Source of the DNA: Octopus sinensis
Lineage: Eukaryota
Reading direction: 5' to 3'
DNA length: 64,000 nucleotides
Assembly (NCBI RefSeq): GCF_006345805.1
Contig: NC_043009.1
Location: forward strand, 58,466,001-58,530,000
Shown: piece by piece, positions 13,927-26,378 of the stretch
How the letters are laid out: each line of letters opens with the position of its first letter
Position numbering within the stretch: the stretch's first letter is position 1
The notes under the pieces: model-generated
What the model was told of the DNA's origin: nothing
The model's input: the letters and a program-made list of their open reading frames with translations, nothing else
Databases searched by the model: none
Made by a program: the position numbers and the translations under genes

Positions 13927-14448
13927 ACACACACATGAATATGTTATGTTTCAAAACAGTTTAGCATTACGCTAAAGAATTACTGAATAGTTTTAGCAGA
14001 TTACATGTGTATTAAATTTTCACCAGAAGTTCTCGACTTTCTTCTTCAATGCGAGATCGTGTGGGTGTGCACGCACTCATATCTATCGCAAGTGTAAGCA
14101 TAACTAGTCATTATCGGAAAGCTTTGCAAAATTAAGTGCGCTTGTGACGTATGATCACGAATTATACGCCAACACGACATAGCTAAATCATTCGCGGCTT
14201 TTTAGTCATGGCGTTACACGTTTGTGTAATATACAGAGAGTCTTTCACAGGAATTGATAAAGTTGCTCCGCTAAACTTATGGCATGATATACATTGTTTA
14301 ATAAAAGCATGTGTACTCCTGCTGTGAAATTGATTCTAAAGAAAATGCTTTTGACATCGCTTTAAAAAGAAATAAAGAAAAGTCAAAGAGATGATGAGAT
14401 TTGCTGCTTTCAAATGATTCGAGATTTTCGTGTTTTATGATCACAGCA

Positions 14449-14968
14449 AAGCGGTGAGCTGGCAGGATTTTTAGCACGCCGGGTGAGGTGTTTCGGGGTT
14501 GCTGACAGGAACTTTAGCACGCCGGGTGTGGTGCTTTGCGGCAGCTCTTAGAATCATTAGCACGCCGGGTGAGATGCTTCGCGGTTGCTGACAGTATCTT
14601 TAGCACGCCGGGCGAGGTGCTTCGCGGTTGCTGGCAGGATCTTTAGCACGCCGGAGAGGTGCTTCGCGGTTGCTGGCAGGATCTTTAGCACGCCGGGAGA
14701 GGTGCTTTGCGGTTGCTGGCAGGATCTTTAGCACGCCGGGCGAGGTGCCACGCGGCAGCTAGCAGGATCTTTAGCACGCCGGACGACGTGCATCGCGGTA
14801 TGTCGTCTATTTTCACTATTCAAGTACAAATTCCGCCCAGGTCGACTTACTTTGTATTCTTTTTTCATCCTTTCGAGGTCGATAAAATCAGTACCATTTG
14901 AATGCTAGCTCGATGTAAACTTAACGCCTCCCAAACGAAATTGCTGGCCTTGTGGCAAAATTTGAAAT
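14449..14968 (+). mobile_element. SINE family B with 8x tandemly amplified 5' head (~43-bp unit)
   Basis: TAGCACGCCGG at 14472, 14515, 14558, 14601, 14644, 14686, 14729 and 14772, then one B-box and the CATCCTTTCGAGGTCGATAAAA central domain. Confidence 0.85.
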
Positions 14969-14989
14969 TAACATTTTATGAACGACACA

Positions 14990-15272
14990 AGGCAGTGGGC
15001 TGGCAGAATCGTTGGTACGCTGGACGAAATGCTTAGCGATATTTCGCCAGTCGCTACCTTCTGAGTTCAAATTCCGCACGGTCGACTTTGCCTTTCATCC
15101 TTTCGGAGTTAATAAAACCAGGGAAATTCTGGGGTTGATGTAATCGACTAATTCCCTCTCCCAAAACTTCGGCCCTTGTGCCCATAACAGAAAAGAATCG
15201 TCAGCACACAGGCTGAAATGCTTAGCGGCATTTCTTCCGTCTAAATGTCCTGAGTTCAAATTCTGCCGAGGT
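14990..15272 (+). mobile_element. SINE family B copy followed by a second partial head
   Basis: GGCAGTGGGCTGGCAGAATCG..CTGAGTTCAAATTCC..GGTCGACTTTGCCTTTCATCCTTTCGG; second head and B-box from ~15199. Confidence 0.8.
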
Positions 15273-15470
15273 TCCTACCCGATCTACTTGGCAAATCATG
15301 TTGGTTTGTTTACGTTCCCGTTTATTAATATTTCCCCATAAGAGAGTGATAGATTAAATACCAGACTTAGGAATATGTACTGGAATCAGTTTGTCCCACT
15401 AAACACTTCAAGAGGGTGCTGTAGTATGGCCGTAGCCCTATGACTGAGTCAAATAAAAGATAATAAACAA

Positions 15471-15889
15471 AGGCGCAGGAGTGGCTGTGTGGTAAGTAGC
15501 TTGCTAACCAACCACATGGTTCTGCGTTCAGTCCCACTGCGTGGCATCTTGGACAAGTGTCTTCTGCAATAGCTCCGGGCCGACCAATGCCTTGTGAGTG
15601 GATTTGGTAGACGGAAACTGAAAGAAGCCTGTCGTATACATGTATATATATATATACATATGTATGTGTGTGTATTTGTGTGTTTGTGTTTGTCCCCCTA
15701 GCATTACTTGACAACCGATGCTGGTGTGTTTATGTCCCCGTCACTTAGCGGTTCGGCAAAAGAGACCGATAGAATAAGTACTGAGCTTACAAAGAATAAG
15801 TCCCGGGGTCGATTTGCTCGACTAAAGGCGGTGCTCCAGCATGGCCGCAGTCGAATGACTGAAACAAGTAAAAGAGTAAATGAGTAAAG
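15471..15889 (+). mobile_element. tRNA-derived SINE family A, full length (~420 bp; probably the octopus OK-type SINE)
   Basis: Head AGGCGCAGGAGTGGCTGTGTGGTAAG, GTTCAGTCCC B-box, internal (TA)/(TG) tract, AAGAGTAAA tail. At least 9 copies or part-copies in the window. The OK name is from memory. Confidence 0.9.
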
Positions 15890-16435
15890 GAGAAAAGACA
15901 AACAAAAACTACTATTAGTCGTAATGTCATTCTACACTCTACGATGTGATGATGCGACGTATATTTCTCTCTAACTTATACTCCACTCGCTCACCTATAC
16001 TCCACTGACCGAGTGATACTCCTCGAACTGCCGCACGCCCCTATCCCTACTCAACCACCTCCCTTATTAACCAATAACTAACCTATACTTCACTTTCTCG
16101 CCTTTAGTCCCTTACTACACCTGTACTCACTCTCAATTCCCTCATCTAGACTCCATTTCCTTACCTACACACTACTCTTTTCTACTCTTTTCACTTACAC
16201 TCCACTCTCTCACCCGTGCTCCACTCCATTCACCTTCCGGTCCATTTGCCCAAATACACACCAATGAAATTTCTCTGTTGTTCTTACTCTCTCAAATATC
16301 ATCCGCTGTTTCTCATGTCATCCAATCACTCGCTATACACATCAGAGTTAATTATATATCTACCTGTTAACAGTCGCATACAATATAAAACACTTTACCG
16401 CCATTTATCACCACACTAAATTTATTTGCGAGTAT

Positions 16436-17190
<755 letters not shown>

Positions 17191-17827
17191 TCTCATTCTC
17201 TCTGTCCTCTCACTTTCCTCTCTCTCTTTCTCGCTCTTTCTCTATTTTTGCATAATAAAGACAACCAACCAACAGTCAAGTAGTGAGTGTTCTGCGAGGG
17301 TTATCGGTTCTCACACGCTGTGTGTTCTTTAATTTAGTTTCTGACACCTCTTCTCTTTAGGTGGCACTATTGCTAGATTCTTGCCATAGTTGACAGTAAA
17401 CAATCGCCTTCCTACCACGCGTAATAATTCCGCTTTATACTGAGCTATAACAAAGAATATTAAACATACAATGATGTCTGAACTGCTAAAAATGAAGAAT
17501 TAAGAGAGAGAAAGAAACATTATTGCAAGGAATGTGAACGGTACGATATATCTGAAGTTATTTGATGCAATATCATTAATTGATAATAATAATTCTAACC
17601 TTGGTAAACTTTCTTAAATTTTGATCCCGTTATTACACGAGGATGTATATTTTTTTTCATCGGCAATGGAAAGATTAATGCAAATTATTTTTTTACTTAA
17701 ATTTCGGATACACGTGTGTACGCGCACGCAGGCTCGCACACGGACACACACACACACACACTCACACAATTACATATCAATGTAGATATATGTACAAATA
17801 TATGCATGAATATGCACGCATATATAA

Positions 17828-18130
17828 TGTTTGTTCCTTCTCGAGCAATGGCTGGCTCATTAGGGCCCGTTTCCCGGTTTTTTTGGCGTATAGGTTCCCT
17901 ACCTGTAGGGGACGCCGGTCGGTCGCAGGTGGGTTGCAAATTGCAGGAGGAAAGGGAGAGAGAAAGCTGTGGCGAAAGAGTGAGCAGAAGTTCACCATTA
18001 CCTTCTTCGGAAGACGTGTGGAGGTTAGGTATTTCGCTCATAAACACACACATTGCCCGGTCTGAGATTCGAAGCTGCAATCCCTCGACCGCGAGTCCGC
18101 TGCTCTAACCACTAGGCCATGTGCCTCCAC
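17828..18130 (-). mobile_element. tRNA-derived SINE family D
   Basis: Minus strand: GGCACATGGCCTAGTGGTTAGAGC A-box arm, GCTTCGAATCTC B-box, unique body, GAAGGAACAAAC end. Confidence 0.8.
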
Positions 18131-18152
18131 ATGTATGTATATATATATATAA

Positions 18153-18189
<37 letters not shown>

Positions 18190-18190
18190 G

Positions 18191-18269
<79 letters not shown>

Positions 18270-18669
18270 AACATATATATATATATATATATTATATATA
18301 TTCATGAAATTCAGGAGAACGGAGATTTTCCACATCTATAAATTTATTATACATCTATTAACAACATTCTTCCTTGAGCCAACACCTGTTTCGGCTGCAT
18401 CAACTGCACACTGTATGCATCATGGTGGGGGTTAATTTTCGATGTAGCAACCTTCTCGTGACCTGTGTTAATATTATTACGGGAGTTATGCAGTACCGGT
18501 TGGGCACTCGGATTTGCCAGACGAAGATAATAACCGGAGTGTAGTGGCTTAATTCTAACTCGATTCTCACCAATATTTGCTGTGGGGATCCGGCATTGAA
18601 AACCAATTTAAGAGGAAACATGGTAATTGCCAGGATTTTAGATCCCTTTCAAACCATTTTTGGAAGCAC

Positions 18670-18707
<38 letters not shown>

Positions 18708-18921
18708 GCATGCACAGACGGACAGACATACTGAAAGACAAATAGATAAATATTGTGGGAAACAATTTTATTTTTTCTTTAATCTGGAATTCAAAATACA
18801 AAATTTTTAGCATTTTACTTTTATTTTTCATAATGAAGTATTTTTCATATTTTTCATATTTTTCATATTTTCCCTGCACTTTAAAGATTTAGATACCACC
18901 ATATTCTGGCTAAAGATTGCG

Positions 18922-19049
18922 TGCCGAATATATGTCCAAACACTGTTTGTTGTTAACACAACGTTTCGGCTGATATATCCTCCAGCATTCATCAGCTGAC
19001 TTGAGGAAATTTCGAGCCTGGGTTTTCATTTCCAAGGTATTTTTTGTGG

Positions 19050-19121
<72 letters not shown>

Positions 19122-19175
19122 CATTCAGGTCACTGCCTGTAATCGAACTCGGAATCTTAACCACTACGCCATATG
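18922..19175 (-). mobile_element. tRNA-headed hammerhead element, 3'-truncated
   Basis: Minus: CATATGGCGTAGTGGTTAAG head (anticodon arm deleted), (AAT)n, then CTGATGAATGCTGGAGGATATATCAGCCGAAACGTTGTGTT at ~18956-19000. Confidence 0.85.
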
Positions 19176-19178
19176 ACT

Positions 19179-19214
<36 letters not shown>

Positions 19215-19411
19215 TCGAAAAATACCTTAAGAATGAGAACCCACGTTCGAAATTTTCCCAAGACACCCGATGAATGCTGGAGTGTATATCAGCCGAAACA
19301 TTGTGTTAACTAAAAAACAAATAACAAGATGAGGACAAATATCCGTCAAATTTAAATAATGTATATAATCTATATAATGGACATAATTCCTCAGCTCTTA
19401 AATATAGAACT
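19175..19411 (+). mobile_element. Headless hammerhead element, inverted relative to its neighbour
   Basis: GACTTG(AAT)n-AACATCGAAAAATACCTT...GACACCCGATGAATGCTGG...CAGCCGAAACATTGTGTT...ATATAGAACT; core mutated. Confidence 0.85.
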
Positions 19412-19661
19412 GGGAAATTGCGTATTTATATGTAGCTGATACTTTACAGTAAAGAGGGCCAAAAATCGTTGTAGACACAACCATGAAATTTGAACGTATG
19501 ACCGATAGATTTATTCATAAAGCAACCGATGCTTATGTTTGTTTGTAACTCTTGTCGTTCGTTTAGGATAACGTTTCCAGTTCTATCATTAATTGTTCAT
19601 TCTTGTGGAGATGTATGCAGTACAGACGCGTTTTCTACTATACATAATAAATTCTTTCGAC

Positions 19662-19689
19662 ACATGTGTGGCTGTGTGGTAAGAAGCTT
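19662..19689 (+). mobile_element. SINE family A head, cut by the ORF1-only element (left piece)
   Basis: TGTGGCTGTGTGGTAAGAAGCTT then unrelated sequence; the rest of the SINE resumes at 21233. Confidence 0.75.
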
Positions 19690-19714
19690 ACTTCCGGTTC
19701 CGGTCGTTAGTTCT

Positions 19715-19950
19715 ATTTTTACTTCTTTATTGCCCACAAGGGGCTAAACATGGAGGAGGCAAACAGGGAACAGACAAAGGGATTAAGTCGATTACATCGA
19801 CCCAAGTGCGTTAACTGGTACTTAATTTATCGACCCCGAAAGGATGAAAGGCAAAGTCGACCTCAGCGGAATTTGAACTTAGAACGTAAAGACAGACGAA
19901 ATACCGCTAATCATTTCGCCCGGTATGCTAACGATTCTGCCAGCTCGCCG
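19715..19950 (-). mobile_element. SINE family B, full length, nested in the leader of copy 1
   Basis: Complete family B sequence flanked by a 10-nt direct repeat CGTTAGTTCT (19705-19714, 19951-19960). Confidence 0.9.
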
Positions 19951-20540
19951 CGTTAGTTCTCTTCTTGACACCGTTGAAGTCGCCACGCTGAGATGCAGCG
20001 GGCGAAAATTGTATTGAAAGACGCTCTACTGCAAGTTAAGTCCTTTTTTGCATTTTGAGACTAGTGAGGATTCGTTGTTTGTGAGATTTATGGTTTGTAC
20101 AGGCAAGGAGTCTTCACTGGATTCTGAGCTTTTTGTCTGGCCGCAGTAGAGAGGTGTGTTTTTTCTCACCTAGGGGCGAGAACTGCTGTCTGGAGTTGTG
20201 TTTCACCTTCAAATTAATTTAATTTGAGAATTTAATTATTCTCAATTATTTGCGAGAACTGTGGTTATTTGCCTGCGTGGAAGTCTTTTGAAAAATAATT
20301 TCGAGGAATTACACAAGGATTGAAAAAGCTGCGAAGGCCAGAAGTATCGTACGGCCCCAAAATATTTTTCTTTGCTGTAATTTGAACTCTCGTTCTCTTC
20401 TTCTGTCGTTTATTTGGCAAAAAACTGTATGAAACTGTTATTTTTATTTTTTCTTCCCTTTTTGTTAAGTATTTGCTTTTGTTTTTCTCTCTGTATTAAT
20501 TAAAATTTTTGTGAACTATATTTGGAACTTTTATTTTTAA

Positions 20541-21142
20541 ATGGCAAAGAACAAATTTGTTTAATGGGAGTTCACACCTCCCAAAATATGACTTCAGGAG
20601 TTTGATAAGAAGATGGTGGTGTTGAGGACTTACTCCAAGTCCCTCGACACCATAGCCGCCTTCCTGAAAAATATAATTGAAAAAGAGCTGACAGACTATA
20701 TGTCAGCTATTAAATATATTGCACGGTGGGGTCAAATATGCACGAGGAGTCTCGTTGCTGTTTGACTCCCCCGAAGAAGCTTGCGAATTCGCAAGCCAGA
20801 CCCTGGAGGGCTGTGAAATTTTCTTCCTTCTCACTTACTGTGGAAAGAAGTTGACGAGGGTTTGGGTCTGCAGTTTTCCACTCCGAATTGAGCCCGAGTT
20901 GATAGAGGATTCTATTCACCGGGATCTGGGAGCCTGTAGTGCCAAGCTACTCAATGTAAATATTTTGCCTGCGGCTGATTGGCAGGGGTCAAAAGCTGTT
21001 TTGACCCCATGGACCCAATCAGCTGAAAATCTGGTTTTTCCAGATTTTTAAAGGATGGCCGGGTCTAGGTTTCCGGTGATGCTTGAGGCACGCTGCCCCC
21101 AAGTGTCACCTGTGCCTGAAACCCGGTCATATCAGGAACTGC
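20541..21142 (+). pseudogene. Degenerate LINE ORF1-like protein with zinc knuckle
   Basis: MAKNKFV*WEFTPPK..VVLRTYSKSLDTIA..GVKYA..PEEACEFAS..IEPELIE..WTQSA..CHLCLKPGHIRNC, with stops and frameshifts; clear homologue of 38542-39176. Confidence 0.85.
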
Positions 21143-21232
21143 CTTGGTGGGGGTTGTGCCACCAAAGATGGAGACTTTACAGCCCGTATCTTCCTTTCTG
21201 TGTAAGGCCCTTGTGGCCAATTAAATGAAATA

Positions 21233-21381
21233 AAGAAGCTTGTTTCCCAACCACATGGTTTAGGTCTCAGGGTTCAGTTCTACTGTGTGGCACCTTGGAT
21301 AAGTGTCTTCTACACTAGCTTCAGCCGACCAAAGTATGGCGAGCGAATTTGGCTAATGGAATCTGAAGTGTCCCGTTGTAG

Positions 21382-21412
<31 letters not shown>

Positions 21413-21415
21413 ATC

Positions 21416-21449
<34 letters not shown>

Positions 21450-21692
21450 ATATATATATAATATCTGTGTGTGTGTATCTCTTGTTTGTCCGCCACCACT
21501 GCTTGGCAACCGGTGTTGTTGGTGTGTTTATGTCCTCGTACCTAGCGGTTCGGCCCAAAGGGACCGAAAAATAAGAGCAGGCTTTAAATAATTAAGTCCT
21601 AGGTGGTGAGGTGATACATTCGACAAACAATTCTTCATGGGGGTGCACCAGCATGGACGCCGAATAATAACTGAATCTACAAAAAAATAAAG
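21233..21692 (+). mobile_element. SINE family A remainder (right piece)
   Basis: AAGAAGCTTGTTTCCCAACCACATGG..GGCACCTTGG..TTAGC/CTAGCGGTTCGG..CAGCATGG; lacks the head found at 19662. Confidence 0.8.
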
Positions 21693-22780
21693 ATATCTCT
21701 GGATTTAAACGATGATGAATAATACCGCCGCCATTACAGTACACGAATCCTCCTACACATAATAATCTTTAAAAAATATAGTTAATAAAATTCATAAACG
21801 CTTTTGTTGAAGAACAATTTAATTCCGCTGCTGATAAATCAATGCCTCATTAAAAGACTTTGGTGCCAGAGAATACAAGTGATAGGAATCAACACTAATA
21901 GTCATAAACGCAACGATAGAAGATGGAATATTATAGTGTATAATCAACACTACAGTTTAAATGATCCTTCCAATTTTGCTATAATTTTCGCATACCTTAT
22001 TATTAAGCTTCAACCGAGAAATAACTGCAATCATAAGCTAATATTTCAATTTGAGGATGTAGTCGCGTTACGATTGCGCCAATGTATTCGCTACTTTCAT
22101 AGACATTATTAATAGAAGAAAAAGTTTCATTACAAACAAAGCAGTTCTGCACATGGTTGAAACTTCATTACCGTTTTCACTTTTGAGAGGTATGTGTCTT
22201 TCGAAAGCATAACTTTATCGAGGTTGTTGTATCGTTCGTGTAAATAACAATCAAACGAAATTCAATATTGAGCAAATGTATGCATTCAGCCATTTGAACG
22301 AAGTGTTAGCCTCTTTGAATCCAGATAGAGCTGGAGTTTCAAGGAGGATAACAATAGAAGCATTTTGAAAAAAAAAAAAAAAAAAAAGAGAAGAGAAAAT
22401 ACTTGGTCCATTATTGAGCTCAAATCTTTAAACATTAATGCTTGCAGAATGTGTGATATCTGCCTTTCGGAAATATATAACAATCTATTACAGATTTTTG
22501 TCATTATAATGATGATGGTAACTCTAGTAATTGTGACGATAATTATATACAGAATGAAGAAAAACAGTGACAGTGGTTGAGTGGTGAATAGATAGAAAGA
22601 AGGAAGGACCAAATTGTTAGTTAATTGCATTTCAGGCCAGATGGAACGGACGTACACTCGAGGGTATTCCATCTGTGATCATACCATCACATCCTACATT
22701 AGGAACTACACCTGGTTGCAATATGTCGCTGTTGCAGGCACCTCCATTGATTTCTCGGTAGAAATTAGAAAGAGAAATAT

Positions 22781-23250
22781 AGGCATGACTGTGTGGTAAG
22801 AAGCTTTGCATCCCAACAACACGGTCCAAGGTTCAGTCCCTTGTCATGGCACCTTTTGCAAGTGCCTTCTACAATAGCTTCGGGCCGACCAAAGCCTTGT
22901 GATTGGTTTGAAGCTCGTCCTATATATAAATGCTGATAGGTGTATACATACCTATATATATATATATATATACCTATATATGTATATTTATATATATATA
23001 CCTATATATGTCGGTACTTCTAATGTGTGTGTGTGTGTTTGTCCTATACCCTGTCATCAATTGACAACCGATGCTAGTGTGTTTATGTCTCCGTAAATTG
23101 GCGGTTCGGCAATACGAGATCGATAGAATAAGTACTAGGCTTACAAAGACTACGCCTTAGGGTCGATTTCTTCGACTAAAACCCTCTAAGGCAATGCTCT
23201 TGCATGGCTGCAGTCGAGTGAAAGAAAGGTATCAATAAAAAATAAAAGAA
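22781..23250 (+). mobile_element. SINE family A, full length, diverged
   Basis: AGGCATGACTGTGTGGTAAGAAGC head through GCATGGCTGCAGTC tail. Confidence 0.85.
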
Positions 23251-23827
23251 TATATATTATATATATTATATATATATATATGTATATAATATTATGTATA
23301 TATATATATATATATAATATATCTATATATAATATATTATTATATATATATAATATACATATCGTGGCATTCCGTCGGTTACAACGACCAGGGTTCCAAT
23401 TGATATTATCAGGGGAACAACGTGTTGGTAATATTAAGGTTGCAAGTGGCTGAGCCTACACAAAACGTGTACACTACGAGTTTCAGCGTGGCACAAAGAG
23501 TGACAAGCCTCGCTTCTATGAATGTATATGTATATATGTATATAATATATATATATATATATATAATATATATATATATATAGATGTGTGTGTGTGTGTA
23601 TATATGTATATATATATATAATTATATATAATTATATATAATTATTTATTATTATATAATTATATATAATCATTATATAATATATATATTACATATTATT
23701 ATATATAATTATATAATTATATATAATTATTTGAGAAAAATTATTCGTAAGTTATAAGGAAAAAATCAATTTAGAAATACTAAATCAAATTCACAAAATA
23801 TAATATATATATATATAAATTATAAAC

Positions 23828-24109
23828 CACCTTTTTTCAATTCAATATGAACTATTAAATTACACCATCTAGAAAATTGCATATAATAGAAATATTAAAA
23901 TTAAAATTACAATAATATACCGATGATTAAGTAAATTGCAAAATGATAATATATAATACAAATATATACCAAATATATACGTCTTTATTATTATTTTGCA
24001 ATTTACTTAATCATCGGTATATTATTGTTATTTTAATTTTAATATTTCTATTATATGTAATTTTCTAGATGGTGTAATTTAATTGTTCATTTTGAATTGA
24101 TAAAAGGTG
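23828..24109. repeat. Long inverted repeat: 123-bp arms, 36-nt spacer
   Basis: 23828-23950 is the reverse complement of 23987-24109 with 6 mismatches by hand count; (TA)-rich tracts on both sides. Confidence 0.9.
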
Positions 24110-24286
24110 TTTTTTTCTAATTTATATATTATATATATATTATATATATATATATATATATAATATATATATATATAAGGGTGTGAAGAAACTGAGTAAA
24201 TCTATAATTAAAAGAAAAATAATGTGAGCAGGTGAAAATGTGATGCAAAGAGTAATATTACACTTTTAAATTTTTCTATATTTCAG

Positions 24287-24498
24287 TAATCTTCAGAAAG
24301 TTTCCTATAATCAATATATCAACATTTCCAACAGAGTGGTACTCATATACAGCTGAGGAAACTTCCAAAATATCAAATGAAATACCGAAGAATACAAATT
24401 CTTGTTGTCAAAGGAACGGAACTGAAACATATGCATATGAACCGAACGCACCTAACAACTTCATGCAGTTCTCGCCAAACCAAGCCATAAAACATTAA
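24287..24498 (+). CDS. Candidate terminal coding exon, product unknown
   Basis: Acceptor TTTTTCTATATTTCAG, plus a second in-frame one at 24334; 69 open codons (..EWYSYTAEETSKISNEIPKNTNSCCQRNGTETYAYEPNAPNNFMQFSPNQAIKH*). No homology recognised. Confidence 0.2.
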
Positions 24499-24904
24499 GA
24501 CAGGTGTTTACTCCGTATTTATGATTCCTAAACAAGCATGTCGAGTAGCAGGGGTCTACGCAAGTTGTTCACTCGTAGCACTAAATACAAATTCTTAGCT
24601 ACGTAGGCGATGGTTAATTATCCGATCCATGCTACGTGTAGGAAAATGGTGATTTATCACAACTTACACACACACATTTAGCATTAGGCATTTGTATGTA
24701 TACGCAGACATGGTTGGGTGGGCGTCAAACATTCATGTTTACTAGACCCTTGACAGGTATTGCATTTCATTCTCATCCAAAAACTGGCTCAAGTTCCCAG
24801 TTTAGTCGTGAAAGAATCCGATATGCAGCAGGTTGCAAAGGCTTGTATGCTACCTGTTGAGATTAAATTTATAAGGTATATCGCTAGCCACTAAACATTC
24901 TATA

Positions 24905-25067
24905 TTTTCTTTCTATATTTACTCTCCTTGTTTCTTTCTGCGTTACCTTCTGTGGGAGAGCGTAGGCTCGAAACGTTAAATACTTTTTCACTTCCCGAGC
25001 GTTAAACAAATACATCTGTTTGTTTTCTACATCACCTGTCTTCGCCTTTTTTGTGTGAATTCTCCTC

Positions 25068-25070
<3 letters not shown>
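24905..25070 (+). mobile_element. Penelope-like terminal-repeat fragment with variant hammerhead fold
   Basis: CTGTGGGA-GAGC-GTAG-GCTC-GAAACGTT at 24950-24977; homologous to 32808-33000; ends in (TA)n. Confidence 0.65.
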
Positions 25071-25100
<30 letters not shown>

Positions 25101-25959
25101 TATACATATACATATAAAGAGATAAATACATATGTACATACATGTAACATATATATGTGTACATGTCTATTTATGTGTTTGTGCATATATGTATATATAT
25201 ATATATAATATATATATATATATATTTGTATTCTATATATATATATATAAAGATATGATTGCTTGCGTCTTTGATAACTCCTACTTTTTCCGGGAATTTT
25301 CCCCCATCAATTCACATCTAAGTTATCTTTTTAATCATCATAATTTATTTATATATTTTCCCGAAATTACAATCAATAGTTTATTAAAGAGTGAAACATG
25401 GACAGCGTTGTCCATACAAAATATATAAATACACACACATGCATACACACAAGCACACACACCACACGCACACACACACACACTTATGTACATACGTGTT
25501 ACACAAATACAAACATGTAAATTAGGAGAGTTGAATGTATATGAGTGTATGCATGCGCTCATGTGTACGTTTATGTATGCTTATGTAAGTGGCATGTATG
25601 TGAGTATGTGTGTGTATGTGTATGTGCGTGGAAGTGTCGTGTGTGTAAGTATCGTGTGTGTGTGTGTGTGTGTGTACGGACGTAATCATTAGGTGTTGGG
25701 TGAGCGCTTATATAAAATTCCTTTGTAGATTCAGAAATAGAAAAATCGGAATCAGTATTCTAAAGAATTCCAAAGGAATACAAATTGTTCTTGGAAGAAA
25801 AATGATTTCTATTTCTTTCTTCCGAAGAATACAAGGACAATTAGCGATTTCAAAGAAGCCAACATTCTTTCCTCTCTCGTTCCATGTTTTCTTTTTCGTT
25901 TTTCTTTTCCTGGTCTCCCACACCACTTCGCCTATCTTGTTTTTTATTCTTTATTATTA

Positions 25960-25960
25960 C

Positions 25961-26036
<76 letters not shown>

Positions 26037-26234
26037 ATTATCATTATCACCATCATCATCATCATCATCATCATCATTATTATTATTATTATCATCATCA
26101 TCATCATCATTATTATCATCATCATCATCATTATTATTATCATCATCATCATCATCATCATCATTATTATTATCACCATCATCATCATCATCATCATCAT
26201 CATTATTATTATCCTCATCATCATCATTATTATT

Positions 26235-26284
<50 letters not shown>

Positions 26285-26347
26285 TATTATCATTATTATT
26301 ATTATCATCATTATTATTATTATTATCATTATTATTATTATTATTAA

Positions 26348-26378
<31 letters not shown>

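Larger units (their letters stand above)
19690..21232 (+). mobile_element. ORF1-only (gag-like) non-LTR-type element, copy 1, internally deleted
   Basis: AAGAAGCTT duplicated at 19681-19689 and 21233-21241; long 5' leader; degenerate ORF1 from ATG 20541; 3' terminus homologous to copy 2. Confidence 0.8.

Noticed and set aside
14449-14800. CRISPR-like regular array
   Set aside because: Units are contiguous diverged copies with no unique spacers, derive from a SINE head, and there are no cas genes in this eukaryotic context.
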